DNA of 64,000 nt from an uncultured Flavobacteriaceae bacterium (GCA_938088195.1 CALKEO010000001.1:16716-80715); one strand, 5' to 3'. Positions 1 through 10,428 are shown, counted from the first letter of the stretch. The notes: generated from the letters alone by a model not told the origin. Program-made: numbers and translations.

Positions 1-1
1 T

Positions 2-301
2 GTTATAATTTCTAATCCGCCATATATAACATTGGGAGAAAAACAATTTATCAAAAAAAATGTTCTACTTCACGAGCCCCATAAAGCATTATTTGTATTT
101 GATAAAGACCCATTATTTTTTTACAAAAAAATAATAAGTTTTGCTTTAAATAGTTTAAAAAAAAATGGTTGTATATATTTTGAAATTAATGAAATGTTTT
201 TGGAAGATGTTACAAAACTTTTAAATAATCGAGGTTTTTACGATATTGAGCATAAAAAAGATTTTAGATCTAAAAATCGAATGGTAAAAGCTTTTATTTA
301 A
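2..301 (+). CDS. prmC: Release-factor glutamine N5-methyltransferase (PrmC/HemK), C-terminal fragment; the 5' end lies upstream of the window
   Basis: Frame 2 is open from base 2 and reads VIISNPPYITLGEK..., which is the NPPY methyltransferase motif. The tracked ORF 32..301 is only the part after an in-frame TTG. The stop overlaps the ligA ATG (TAATG at 299-303). Confidence 0.75.
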   Translation, partial: VIISNPPYITLGEKQFIKKNVLLHEPHKALFVFDKDPLFFYKKIISFALNSLKKNGCIYFEINEMFLEDVTKLLNNRGFYDIEHKKDFRSKNRMVKAFI

Positions 302-2307
302 TGAATTTATTGCTTGAAAAAATTGAAAAGTTAAGAGATGAATTACATTTTCATAACTATAATTATTACGTACTAGATAAACCGTTGATTAGCGATTATG
401 ATTTTGACATGAAACTTAAAGATTTAATAAATCTTGAAAAAAAATATCCACAATTTTATGATAATAATTCTCCAACTTTAAGAGTTGGTGGGTCTATCAC
501 AAAAAGTTTTGACAGTGTAAAACATGACTTTCCAATGTATTCTTTAGACAACTCTTATTCAAAAAATGATTTAGAGGATTGGAATGATAGAATTTTTAAA
601 AATATTGGAGATGATAATCTTCAATTTCTATGCGAATTAAAATTTGATGGAGTCTCAATTAATTTAACTTACAAGAATGGAAGGTTGATAAAGGCAGTTA
701 CTAGAGGAGATGGTATTGAAGGAGATGATGTTACTGAGAATATCAAAACAATTAAAACAATACCATTAAAATTAAAAGGCTTTTACCCACAGAATTTTCA
801 AATTAGAGGGGAAATAATTATTGAAAAAAATGATTTCTTAAAAATGAATGAAATTAGATTAAAACAAGGATTGGATCCTTACATGAATCCAAGAAACACA
901 GCATCAGGAAGTTTAAAGTTGCAAGATAGTTCTGAAGCAGCAAAAAGACCTTTAAAATGCTTTTTATATCAAATCGTTTCCAATGAAGAAAATTATAAAA
1001 CTCAGCATAATTATTTAAAGAATGCTTTAGATTGGGGTTTTAATATTTCTAAAACATATAAACTTTGTAATAACTTAAATCAAGTAATGAGTTATATAAA
1101 CCATTGGGATCAAAAACGACACCTTTTAAATTATGAAATTGATGGTATTGTAGTAAAGGTAAATGATATTAATTATCAAAAGGAGCTAGGTTTTACATCA
1201 AAATATCCACGATGGTCTATTGCTTATAAATATAAAACTGAACAAGTTTACACCAGGCTAAAAAGTGTTTCCTATCAAGTTGGTAGAACTGGAGCCGTAA
1301 CTCCAGTTGCAAATTTAGATCCTGTGCTTTTGGGGGGGACTTATGTTAAAAGAGCTTCTCTTCACAATGAAGATCAAATAAACAAGTTAGATTTACATGT
1401 AAATGACATTGTAAATATTGAAAAGGGAGGTGAGATTATTCCAAAAATAGTTGGTGTTGATTTAGAAAAAAGAAATTTTGAGTGTGATAAAATTAAATTC
1501 ATTGAAAATTGTCCATCATGTTTCAAAATTCTTTCAAGAAACGAGTCGGAATCTCAACATTATTGCTTGAATTTTAAGAATTGTCCACCACAGATAACTG
1601 GTCGAATTCAACATTTTATATCAAGAAAAGCAATGGATATAAATGGATTAGGCAATGAAACGATTGATTTACTTTATCAAAGTGGTTTAATTTCAAACTG
1701 CGCTGATTTATATGATTTAAAAAGAGATGATTTACTGCCATTAGAAAGGATGGCTAATAAATCGGTTGATAATATTTTTATTGGATTGGAGGAATCAAAA
1801 AAAATTCCTTTTGAAAGGGTGTTGTTTGCACTTGGGATTAGGTATGTTGGTCAAACCGTTGCCAAAAAAATAGCAATAGCTTTTAAATCAATGGATAATT
1901 TAAAAACAAAAAAAATTGAAGATTTGATTTTAGTTGATGAAATAGGAAGCAGAATATCAGAAAGTATTGTAGATTTCTTTCAGGATGAAGAAAATTGTTA
2001 CATGATAGATAGACTTAAATCATTGGGACTTCAATTTGAAATAAAGCCAGATAAGAAGCCTCTGAATAATTTGCTGAATGGTGACTCGTTTGTTATTTCT
2101 GGGGTTTTTGAAAATTATTCTAGAGACCAGTTAAAAAAAATGATTGAATTAAATGGTGGCAAAATTTTATCATCTATTTCTTCAAAAACCAATTATCTCT
2201 TAGGTGGAAATAATATTGGGCCAAGCAAATTATTGAAGGTGGAAAAGTTAAAAATTCCGTTAATCGATATAGATAGTTTTATTAATATGTTGAAAATTAA
2301 ACCTTAA
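301..2307 (+). CDS. ligA: NAD-dependent DNA ligase
   Basis: 668 aa. Adenylation motif CELKFDG (KxDG), Cys4 zinc finger CPSC...CLNFKNC, and a C-terminal BRCT-like FVISGVF...LNGGKI. Confidence 0.97.
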   Translation: MNLLLEKIEKLRDELHFHNYNYYVLDKPLISDYDFDMKLKDLINLEKKYPQFYDNNSPTLRVGGSITKSFDSVKHDFPMYSLDNSYSKNDLEDWNDRIFKNIGDDNLQFLCELKFDGVSINLTYKNGRLIKAVTRGDGIEGDDVTENIKTIKTIPLKLKGFYPQNFQIRGEIIIEKNDFLKMNEIRLKQGLDPYMNPRNTASGSLKLQDSSEAAKRPLKCFLYQIVSNEENYKTQHNYLKNALDWGFNISKTYKLCNNLNQVMSYINHWDQKRHLLNYEIDGIVVKVNDINYQKELGFTSKYPRWSIAYKYKTEQVYTRLKSVSYQVGRTGAVTPVANLDPVLLGGTYVKRASLHNEDQINKLDLHVNDIVNIEKGGEIIPKIVGVDLEKRNFECDKIKFIENCPSCFKILSRNESESQHYCLNFKNCPPQITGRIQHFISRKAMDINGLGNETIDLLYQSGLISNCADLYDLKRDDLLPLERMANKSVDNIFIGLEESKKIPFERVLFALGIRYVGQTVAKKIAIAFKSMDNLKTKKIEDLILVDEIGSRISESIVDFFQDEENCYMIDRLKSLGLQFEIKPDKKPLNNLLNGDSFVISGVFENYSRDQLKKMIELNGGKILSSISSKTNYLLGGNNIGPSKLLKVEKLKIPLIDIDSFINMLKIKP

Positions 2308-3202
2308 TAGAATTAGATTCTTCTCTGATTTCTTTTCCAGATAAATAGAAATCAATTTTTCCAATATTTATTCCAAAACAACCCACTTGATTTATTAAAA
2401 CATTCTTACCATTTAAGTTAGTCACCTGCACAGGCTTGTTCATAAAAGTATGCGTATGACCTCCAATAATTAAATCTATATTTTTTGTTTTTTTAGCTAA
2501 ATTTAAATCACAAATTTCATTTTTATCTTTGTATTTATATCCTAGATGAGATAAGCAAATAATAATATCACATTGATAGTCGTTCTTTAGTTTTTTAGTT
2601 GTGTCATTTGCAATTTCTATTGGATCTAAATACTTCACATCGCTATATAATTTTTTTTCGACTAATCCGGCTAATGCAATTCCTAATCCAAAAACTCCAA
2701 TTTTAACATCATCAATATTATATATTTCATATTTTTTTATTTTACTTTCAAGTGGTGTGTTCTTCAAATCATAATTAGAATTTAAAAATGAAAAATTCGC
2801 ATGATTTAATGATTTGGATAATTTATTTATTCCATTGTCAAATTCGTGATTTCCTAGTGTTGCAGCGTTATAACCTAATTTGCTCATCAATTTTAATTCA
2901 ATTTCTCCTCCAAAAAAATTAAAATAAGGAGTTCCTTGAAATATGTCTCCTCCGTCAAAAATTAATGTATTAGGATTTTCTTTTTTAAGTCTATTAAAGA
3001 TTTTTGCTCTTGCTATTACCCCACCACCATTAGGATTTAAAGGATCGTTAGCTGGGAACGGATCGATATGGCTATGAACATCATTTGTATGAAGAATAGT
3101 TATTTTTTTAAATTTTTCATCATTATATAAATTATTAAAAGGTATGGAAACACCAAAGATTGTAAATGATGAAATTTTTTCTATGAAATATCTCCTATTC
3201 AT
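2297..3202 (-). CDS. Metallophosphatase subunit of a two-gene 5'-nucleotidase (UshA N-domain-like)
   Basis: Metallophosphoesterase motifs NDVHSH, GGDIFQG, GNHEFD and GGHTH. The N-terminus MNRRYFIEK resembles a twin-arginine export motif. Confidence 0.85.
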   Translation of the reverse strand: MNRRYFIEKISSFTIFGVSIPFNNLYNDEKFKKITILHTNDVHSHIDPFPANDPLNPNGGGVIARAKIFNRLKKENPNTLIFDGGDIFQGTPYFNFFGGEIELKLMSKLGYNAATLGNHEFDNGINKLSKSLNHANFSFLNSNYDLKNTPLESKIKKYEIYNIDDVKIGVFGLGIALAGLVEKKLYSDVKYLDPIEIANDTTKKLKNDYQCDIIICLSHLGYKYKDKNEICDLNLAKKTKNIDLIIGGHTHTFMNKPVQVTNLNGKNVLINQVGCFGINIGKIDFYLSGKEIREESNSIKV

Positions 3203-3975
3203 TTGATTCTTTGAATTCTGTTATCCAATTTTCCTTCAATTTTTTTTTTCATAGTAATATGTTTTATTAGTACCTCCCTAATGTTTGTTTCAAGGTTGTA
3301 AAGTTCTAAAGGATTTATAAAAAAATCCATTTTATCACCACCCTCTTGAAGAAAATTTGAAGTTAAAACATAGTATGATTTATTGATATTAAATTTTTTA
3401 TTTTGGATTAAAGCATTTTGGATTTTTTTTTGATTAAATATTATTTTTAAACCAGAAACCGGATGTTGTTTGTTGTTATTGTTTAAATATTGAAACAATT
3501 CTTGAACTTTATTTCCACTTATTTTAACAACAGTCGAAAGATTATTAAAAGGCATTATAGTTACAAGGTCGTGCTGTGTGATTACCCCCTTATTTAATGT
3601 TCCCCTAATACCTCCATAATTAAGAAGACAAAAATCAATGTTTTTAAAAAATTTATTTTCAAATAGATTATTTGATTCCTCAAGTAAAACATCAGCTATA
3701 AGATTACCTAAGGTAGATTCTAATTCGCCATCTCTAATACTTAAAGATTTTGTAGAAAATCCAATTTTTTTTTGAAGTTTAATGATTTCTTTTTTATAAG
3801 GTTTGATTAATTCTTCAAGCTCATTGTTGGTGGCTTGAAAATCATCAACTTTAATATTTTGAGACGAAATTTTACTAATTTGAGAATTAAGGTTATTAAA
3901 TAAAAAAAACACAAGAGTTATAGATATAACAATTTGTTTAATTTTTATATTATTTGTGTATAATATAGTTTTCAA
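3199..3975 (-). CDS. 5'-nucleotidase C-terminal (substrate-binding) domain protein
   Basis: 258 aa with a hydrophobic N-terminal signal (ISITLVFFLFNNLNSQ). Shows the NYGGIRG and SNFLQEGGD segments typical of the 5'-NT C domain. Its stop overlaps the downstream start as ATGA at 3199-3202. Confidence 0.72.
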   Translation of the reverse strand: MKTILYTNNIKIKQIVISITLVFFLFNNLNSQISKISSQNIKVDDFQATNNELEELIKPYKKEIIKLQKKIGFSTKSLSIRDGELESTLGNLIADVLLEESNNLFENKFFKNIDFCLLNYGGIRGTLNKGVITQHDLVTIMPFNNLSTVVKISGNKVQELFQYLNNNNKQHPVSGLKIIFNQKKIQNALIQNKKFNINKSYYVLTSNFLQEGGDKMDFFINPLELYNLETNIREVLIKHITMKKKIEGKLDNRIQRIK

Positions 3976-4011
3976 AAATGAAATATGTAATTTTACTTAA
4001 GTTTTAAATAT

Positions 4012-4527
4012 ATGATTTTTAAATCACTACATAATAAACTATTAAATAAAAAGATTAGTAATTCCTTGGATAAACTATCACAGCAGACTAGATATAAGCC
4101 CAATCCAATTAAAACTTTGGGTTGTATTGTTGATCCGTCTTTTCCAATCTCTGTTGAAAATTTTATTGATTTATCCATCTCTTTAGGTTTGAAAGAAAAG
4201 GATTTGAAGATTATAACATTTCAAGAGAATAAAAATATTTTTAATGTTTTTTCTGCTATGAATATTACACCAAGTTGTGTCTCTTTCTATGGAAATATTA
4301 AAGGGACAGATTCTTTAGAGTTTGTCTCTTTTGAATATGATTTATTAATTAATTTTTTTAAATCAAATCGACTACTAACATTATTATCGTCAAAAACAAA
4401 TGCAAAATTTAGAGTAGGTTTTGAATCTGTAAATTCTAATTTAAATGATTTAATTTTTTCTAATAAAATTAAAAAGTATAAAAATTTTAAATCAGAGTTA
4501 ATTAAATATTTAAAAATGATCAAATGA
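4012..4527 (+). CDS. Conserved hypothetical protein (small protein upstream of dapA)
   Basis: 171-aa ORF with an ATG start and a 4-nt overlap with the dapA start. No recognisable catalytic motif. Function unknown. Confidence 0.6.
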   Translation: MIFKSLHNKLLNKKISNSLDKLSQQTRYKPNPIKTLGCIVDPSFPISVENFIDLSISLGLKEKDLKIITFQENKNIFNVFSAMNITPSCVSFYGNIKGTDSLEFVSFEYDLLINFFKSNRLLTLLSSKTNAKFRVGFESVNSNLNDLIFSNKIKKYKNFKSELIKYLKMIK

Positions 4528-5414
4528 ATGAAGTTTTGGAAAAGTTTAGAGGAACTGGGGTAGCAATTGTTACACCTTTTAACGATGATTTTTCTATTGA
4601 TTACAATGCAATTAAAAAATTAGTAGAATATGTTATTGATGGAGGAGTAGATTACATTGTTGTTCAAGGAACAACTGGTGAATCTTCAACATTAACTCAA
4701 GATGAAAAAATTAAATCTAGAAGAGCTTTTATTGATGCTAATAAAGAAAGAGTACCATTAGTTGTTGGTATTGGATCTAACGATACGGGATCATTAATAA
4801 ATTATATTAAGAGCTCTGATTTAAAAGGTTTTTCAGCTGTACTTTCTGTAACACCTTACTACAACAAACCTACGCAAGAAGGATTATTTAAGCATTATTC
4901 ATTGTTGGCTCAATCCTCTAGTTTACCATTGATTCTCTATAATGTTCCTAGCAGAACTAGCTGTAATTTAGAACCAGAAACAGTTATTAGATTGGCTCAA
5001 AATAATAAAAATATAATTGGAATTAAAGAAGCAAAAGGAGATATGCAACAAATGAACTTTTTAATAAAAAATAGACCAAGTAATTTTTTGATTATTTCTG
5101 GAGATGATGAGACTGCTCCTTCAAGTATAATAAACGGAGCTGATGGTGTAATTTCAGTTGCTGCAGGATGCATTCCAAAATTGTATAATAAAATTGTAGA
5201 TTCTGCTTTAAATCATAATGAATTTGAAACGCAAGAGCTACTAAGTTCAATAAAACCATTTTTGAAAAATTTATTCGTCGAAGGTAACCCTGCGGGACTT
5301 AAATCAGCTCTTTCAATACAAAAACTTTGTAAAAATAAATTGAGATTACCACTGTTGCCAGTTTCAACTAATCTTCATGAAAAAATAGAAAAGTTCATTA
5401 TTAAAAATTCTTAA
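4524..5414 (+). CDS. dapA: 4-hydroxy-tetrahydrodipicolinate synthase
   Basis: 296 aa. GTTGES motif (VVQGTTGESSTL), Schiff-base lysine context IGIKEAKGD, YNVPSRT. Confidence 0.95.
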   Translation: MNEVLEKFRGTGVAIVTPFNDDFSIDYNAIKKLVEYVIDGGVDYIVVQGTTGESSTLTQDEKIKSRRAFIDANKERVPLVVGIGSNDTGSLINYIKSSDLKGFSAVLSVTPYYNKPTQEGLFKHYSLLAQSSSLPLILYNVPSRTSCNLEPETVIRLAQNNKNIIGIKEAKGDMQQMNFLIKNRPSNFLIISGDDETAPSSIINGADGVISVAAGCIPKLYNKIVDSALNHNEFETQELLSSIKPFLKNLFVEGNPAGLKSALSIQKLCKNKLRLPLLPVSTNLHEKIEKFIIKNS

Positions 5415-5457
5415 AAGTTTTTATTCTTAACTTGATTTTTTAAATTAAATTTACCGA

Positions 5458-6264
5458 ATGTTGAGAAAATTTTTAAATCTAACAATTATATTTTTAATCT
5501 GTATTTCATTTTCCTGTAATGAATTTCAAAAGGTTCTTAAAAGTGAAGATATTAAATCTAAGTATGATTTAGCAGAAACCTATTACGAGAATCAAGATTT
5601 TAGAAGGGCTAGCAGGTTGTTTGAGCAAATTAAACCAAAATACCGTGGTAAGCCTCAAGGAGAAAGAATTACCTTTTTCTATGCTAATTGTTTGTTAAAT
5701 ACCAAAAACTACGTCTTGGCTGCTTTCGAGTTTGAAAGCTTTGCAAAAGCTTATCCGTTGAGCGAAAAAGTTGAAGATGCCAACTATTTTTCTGCTTATT
5801 CTTATTACAAACAATCACCTGTTTTTAGCTTAGATCAAAATGAAACTAATAACGCAGTAGAAAAATTACAAGAATTTATAAATAAGTATCCAAATTCTGA
5901 AAGAATGTCTTCAGCTAACGATTTAGTCCAAGAACTAAGAATTAAATTAGAGTACAAAGCTTTCGAGATTGCAAAACAATACAATACGATTCGTGATTAT
6001 AAATCTGCCATAATTGTTTTAGATGATTTTATTTCTGATTATCCCGGCACGCCTTACAGAGAGGATGCTTTATTTTATTTATTTGATTCGTCATACGAGT
6101 TAGCAATTAATAGTGTAGATTCCAAAATGTTGGAAAGATTAAATGACGCTAAAAAACTTTACAATGAACTAATTGAAGTTTATCCAGAATCTAAATATAT
6201 TGGTAAATCAAATAAATTGAATGAGTCTATCGATTCAAAAATTAGTACATTTGCAAATAATTAA
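5458..6264 (+). CDS. bamD: Outer membrane protein assembly factor BamD (TPR lipoprotein)
   Basis: 268 aa. Signal peptide followed by Cys (ICISFSCNEF), TPR-like repeats, and the typical bamD-rpoZ-coaBC neighbourhood of Flavobacteriia. Confidence 0.8.
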   Translation: MLRKFLNLTIIFLICISFSCNEFQKVLKSEDIKSKYDLAETYYENQDFRRASRLFEQIKPKYRGKPQGERITFFYANCLLNTKNYVLAAFEFESFAKAYPLSEKVEDANYFSAYSYYKQSPVFSLDQNETNNAVEKLQEFINKYPNSERMSSANDLVQELRIKLEYKAFEIAKQYNTIRDYKSAIIVLDDFISDYPGTPYREDALFYLFDSSYELAINSVDSKMLERLNDAKKLYNELIEVYPESKYIGKSNKLNESIDSKISTFANN

Positions 6265-6282
6265 ATTTATCAAATAGAAAAC

Positions 6283-6606
6283 ATGGATTTTAAAAAAACA
6301 TCTGCACCCTTAAATACTATTACTTACGATAGAAATGTTGTTGATTCCAAAACAGATAATATCTATGAAGCAATTTCTATAATTTCAAAACGAACAATCC
6401 AAATTAACGAGGATATTAAAAAGGAGTTGATAGACAAGTTAGAGGAGTTTGCTAGTCCAACAGAAAGTTTGGATGAAATTTTTGAAAATAAAGAACAGAT
6501 TGAAGTTTCAAAATTTTATGAAAAACTACCGAAAGCACATGCTATGGCGATTGAAAATTGGTTGTCTGAAAAAATTTATTTTAGAAACACAGAATCTAAA
6601 GAATAA
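6283..6606 (+). CDS. rpoZ: DNA-directed RNA polymerase subunit omega (long Bacteroidota form)
   Basis: 107 aa. NIYEAISIISKRTIQIN omega core motif. Located immediately upstream of coaBC. Confidence 0.78.
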   Translation: MDFKKTSAPLNTITYDRNVVDSKTDNIYEAISIISKRTIQINEDIKKELIDKLEEFASPTESLDEIFENKEQIEVSKFYEKLPKAHAMAIENWLSEKIYFRNTESKE

Positions 6607-6608
6607 AT

Positions 6609-7826
6609 ATGTCTATCCTTAATGGCAAAAATATCTTATTAGGTATTTCAGGCGGGATAGCAGCTTATAAATCTCCTTTTTTAGTTAGATTATTAATAAA
6701 GTCTGGTGCTAACGTCCAAGTCATTATGACACCTAGTTCAAAAGACTTTGTTACCCCTCTCACATTATCTACTCTATCAAATAATCCTGTTTTATCTGAC
6801 TTTTTTAGTAAGGATAATAAAAATGAATTATGGAATAATCATGTTGAGTTGGGTCTATGGGCAGATTATTTTATTATCGCACCGGCAACTGCAAATACTT
6901 TATCTAAAATGGCCTCTGCCAGAGCAGATAATTTATTAATAGCAACATATCTTTCAGCTAAATGTCCTGTTTATTTTGCTCCAGCCATGGATTTAGATAT
7001 GCATAAAAATAAAGCAAACCAAATAAACATAAATAAATTAGTTGAGTTTGGTAATCTTCATATACCTGTAAACTCAGGTTTTTTAGCCAGTGGGTTGGAG
7101 GGTGAGGGTAGGATGCAAGAACCACGTGAAATAATTGATTTTATTTCCTCAAACATTTTAAAAGAGATGAAATTTTTTAAGAAGAAAATTTTAATTACTG
7201 CTGGACCTACTTATGAAAAAATTGATTCTGTAAGATTTATTGGAAATTTTTCTAGTGGTAAAATGGGTTTTTCTCTAGCACAAACAGCTGCTAAATTAGG
7301 CGCAGAAGTATATTTAATTACTGGTCCAACTAGTTTGAACGTTACGAATTCTAGAATAGAAATTTTTAATGTTACTAGTGCAGATGAAATGTATAAGATA
7401 ACTAACGAATTGTTTCCTAAAGTGGATATAGCAATTTTATCTGCTGCAGTTTCTGATTATAAGCCTAAACAATTTGTGAATCATAAAATAAAAAAAGAAA
7501 TCAATAGAGATTTAAATATTGAACTAGTCTCTAACGTAGATATTCTAAATCATCTGGGTAAAATAAAAAAAGAAAATCAATTATTAGTAGGTTTTGCTCT
7601 TGAGTCCGATAATGAAATTGATAATGCAAAAATGAAATTAAATAATAAAAACTTAGATGCTATTGTACTAAATTCCTTAAATGACAAAGGAGCTGGTTTT
7701 AATAACGATACAAATAAAATAACTTTTATCAATAATAAAAATGAAATAATAAAGTTTAAATTAAAAAGTAAGTTAGAAGTCTCCAAAGATATTTTTAATG
7801 AAATCATTAAGCTCGTACATGTTTAG
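6609..7826 (+). CDS. coaBC: Bifunctional phosphopantothenoylcysteine decarboxylase / phosphopantothenate-cysteine ligase
   Basis: 405 aa. N-terminal flavoprotein LLGISGGIAAYK and CoaB motif GNFSSGKMG. Confidence 0.95.
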   Translation: MSILNGKNILLGISGGIAAYKSPFLVRLLIKSGANVQVIMTPSSKDFVTPLTLSTLSNNPVLSDFFSKDNKNELWNNHVELGLWADYFIIAPATANTLSKMASARADNLLIATYLSAKCPVYFAPAMDLDMHKNKANQININKLVEFGNLHIPVNSGFLASGLEGEGRMQEPREIIDFISSNILKEMKFFKKKILITAGPTYEKIDSVRFIGNFSSGKMGFSLAQTAAKLGAEVYLITGPTSLNVTNSRIEIFNVTSADEMYKITNELFPKVDIAILSAAVSDYKPKQFVNHKIKKEINRDLNIELVSNVDILNHLGKIKKENQLLVGFALESDNEIDNAKMKLNNKNLDAIVLNSLNDKGAGFNNDTNKITFINNKNEIIKFKLKSKLEVSKDIFNEIIKLVHV

Positions 7827-8709
7827 AATATTTTTTTTATTGTTTTTTTTATTTCAAAATAACTTTTCTCAAGAAATAAATTCTAATGTAATTGTAAATT
7901 CAAATCAAATCAATCAAACAAATAAATCTATATTTTCTAATTTTGAAAAATCTGTCAGCTCTTTTATTAATTCGAATAAATGGTCTAATAATAATTTTTC
8001 AAATCATGAAAAAATCAATTTGAATGTTCTTATAACTATCGTTTCATATTCAAATAATAGTTTCAATGCAAATTTTGAATTTCAGTCGATAAGACCAGTA
8101 TTTAATTCAACATATCAAACACCTCTCTTTAACTTTATCGATAAAAATGTAGAATTTAAATATGAAGAGTTTGAAACACTTTTCTATGTTGAAAATCAAT
8201 TTCAATCAGATTTAGTTTCTTTATTATCCTTTTATGTGAATATAATTCTTGGAATTGACAATGATAGTTTTGTTCTAAATTCTGGTTCAATTTTTTATGA
8301 AAAAGCTCAACAAATTTTAAACTTAGCCAATCAAAGTGGGAATTCTAGTAATTGGCAATCATCTAGTTCTGGAGGAAGAATTAATAAGTTTTGGTTAATA
8401 GAAAATTTAAATTCTTCAAATTCGAAAGAGTTCAGAGAAATGTTATTTTCTTATCACTCCAATGGATTAGATATGATGTTTGATAATAAATTATTATCTA
8501 AAAAAAATATTTCATCAGCAATTTTGTCCTTGGATAGAATGAATAGAAGGGTTCCAAATTCTTTATTACTTAAAATTTTTTTTGAAACAAAGTCTGATGA
8601 AATAATGGATATTTTTTCCTCCGGACCTGAATTTGATTCTACAAATTTATATAATCAATTAAATAGACTGGCTCCTTTTTTTTCTAATAAATGGTCAAAC
8701 ATTAGATAG
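7798..8709 (+). CDS. DUF4835-family exported protein (a family I recall being linked to type IX secretion as PorD; unverified)
   Basis: 303 aa with a signal peptide (FFLLFFLFQNNFSQ) and Asn/Ser-rich composition. Sits in the conserved coaBC-recN position seen in Flavobacteriia. Confidence 0.6.
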   Translation: MKSLSSYMFRIFFLLFFLFQNNFSQEINSNVIVNSNQINQTNKSIFSNFEKSVSSFINSNKWSNNNFSNHEKINLNVLITIVSYSNNSFNANFEFQSIRPVFNSTYQTPLFNFIDKNVEFKYEEFETLFYVENQFQSDLVSLLSFYVNIILGIDNDSFVLNSGSIFYEKAQQILNLANQSGNSSNWQSSSSGGRINKFWLIENLNSSNSKEFREMLFSYHSNGLDMMFDNKLLSKKNISSAILSLDRMNRRVPNSLLLKIFFETKSDEIMDIFSSGPEFDSTNLYNQLNRLAPFFSNKWSNIR

Positions 8710-8768
8710 TTAGAATTTGGTTTCATTAAGAAAACTAGATTATATTTGGTTACATCAATTATTATATT

Positions 8769-10421
8769 TTGTTATACAAACTATCAATAAAAAATTTTGC
8801 TTTAATAGATTCATTAGAAATTGATTTTTCCAACGGTTTTTCCATAATTACAGGCGATACAGGGTCAGGAAAATCAATACTGCTTAACGCTTTGTCTTTA
8901 ATAGTTGGGAAGCGTGCTGATCATAACTCTTTGAAAAACGATAAGTTTAAATGTATAGTTGAGGGCGAGTTTGATTTAAAAAGCTATGAATTAAAGAAGA
9001 TTTTTCTAGATAACGATTTAGATTACTTTGAATATTCTATTTTGAGAAGAGAAATTTTACCTAACGGAAAATCCAGATCTTTTGTGAACGATTCCCCAGT
9101 TAAATTAGATATAATGAAATCCATTGGTGAAAAATTAGTTGATATTCACACTCAAAGTCAATCATTAGTTTCGTCAAAGGATGATTTCTTTTTTTCCCTA
9201 ATAGATAGTCTTTCAGAACAACAAAATATTGTAACTAATTTTTCTCAAAATTTGAGTATTTATAAAGAAATGAATTTGGAATTAGAAAAATTAAACAGAT
9301 TAAATGCTAGTTTACAAAATGATTACGACTATAATCAGTTTTTATTTAATGAACTTAATAATGCTAAACTTAGAGATGGTGAGCAAGAAGAATTAGAAGA
9401 AAGTTTAAAAGTTTTAAAAAATTCTGAAGAAATTATTTTATCTCTTAATGAAATTGATAATTTATTTCAAAATGATCCAAATTGCATAGAAAATCAAATA
9501 AGAAATTTAAATTCAATATTAAATAACCTTTCAAACTATTCAGATAAATTTTTAGAATACAAAAATAGAATAGAAAGTGTTTTAATAGAATTAGATGATG
9601 TAAAACTAGAATTGAGGAATTCCTCAATGAATTTTAATCATAATTCCACTGATTTAGAAGGTTTTGAGTCCAGATTAAACTTGATTTACAGTTTACAAAA
9701 AAAACATTCTGTTAATTCAATCATTCATCTTATTGAGCTTAAAGATAATCTCAAAAAAAAATTAGACGATAATCAGGTTGTTGGTATTGATATTGATAAT
9801 TTAAAAAATGATATTTTAACTAAAGAATCTTTATTGAAAGAACAATCTAAAAAAATCTCAGCTTCAAGAGAAAAAGTATTACCAAATTTAAAAATAGAGA
9901 TCGAATCTATTTTAAGTTCTTTAGGGATGGAAAATGCTTCCTTTGTTTTTAATTTATCAAAATCTAAAAAATATAATAAATTTGGAATTGATGTTATTGA
10001 TGTATTATTTTCTGCTAACAAAGGAATTGATTTTGCTCCTCTTTTTAAAGTTGTTTCTGGTGGTGAACTCTCTAGAATTTTATTAACTATTAAATCTATT
10101 TTATCATATCACTTAAATTTGCCTACTATGATTTTTGATGAAATTGATTCGGGTGTGTCTGGTGAAATGTCAAATGCTATGGCTAATTTAATGTTAAAAA
10201 TGAGTAAAAAAATGCAAATAATTTCAATAACTCATCTCCCTCAGGTCGCAGCAAAAGGAAATCATCATTACAATATATATAAGTATGAAAGTTTAGGAGG
10301 GACCAATACAGAAATAAAAAAATTAAATAATAATGAAAGGGTTGAGGAGATTGCTAAAATGTTGTCAGGTGATAAAATTTCTTCTTCGGCTCTTAATCAT
10401 GCTAAACAATTATTAAACTAA
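8769..10421 (+). CDS. recN: DNA repair protein RecN
   Basis: 550 aa with a TTG start. Walker A GDTGSGKS, coiled-coil middle region, signature SGGELSR, Walker B MIFDEIDSG. Confidence 0.95.
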   Translation: MLYKLSIKNFALIDSLEIDFSNGFSIITGDTGSGKSILLNALSLIVGKRADHNSLKNDKFKCIVEGEFDLKSYELKKIFLDNDLDYFEYSILRREILPNGKSRSFVNDSPVKLDIMKSIGEKLVDIHTQSQSLVSSKDDFFFSLIDSLSEQQNIVTNFSQNLSIYKEMNLELEKLNRLNASLQNDYDYNQFLFNELNNAKLRDGEQEELEESLKVLKNSEEIILSLNEIDNLFQNDPNCIENQIRNLNSILNNLSNYSDKFLEYKNRIESVLIELDDVKLELRNSSMNFNHNSTDLEGFESRLNLIYSLQKKHSVNSIIHLIELKDNLKKKLDDNQVVGIDIDNLKNDILTKESLLKEQSKKISASREKVLPNLKIEIESILSSLGMENASFVFNLSKSKKYNKFGIDVIDVLFSANKGIDFAPLFKVVSGGELSRILLTIKSILSYHLNLPTMIFDEIDSGVSGEMSNAMANLMLKMSKKMQIISITHLPQVAAKGNHHYNIYKYESLGGTNTEIKKLNNNERVEEIAKMLSGDKISSSALNHAKQLLN

Positions 10422-10428
10422 TAGAATT

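Noticed and set aside
444-452. DnaA-box-like ATATCCACA, raising the question of an origin near parAB
   Set aside because: It is a single 8/9 match inside ligA coding sequence. There is no cluster of boxes or AT-rich unwinding element in an intergenic region anywhere in the window.
2297-3975. Idea that the two 5'-nucleotidase ORFs are a frameshifted pseudogene of a single ushA
   Set aside because: The domain order is permuted relative to UshA and each ORF has its own start and signal peptide. The junction is a clean ATGA coupling overlap, so a single indel cannot restore one ORF.
7121-7132. parS-like sequence ACCACGTGAAAT (half of TGTTTCACGTGAAACA)
   Set aside because: Only one half-site matches and the left arm is not palindromic. 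It lies inside coaBC, far from parAB. By eye I saw no full parS near parB/parA either.
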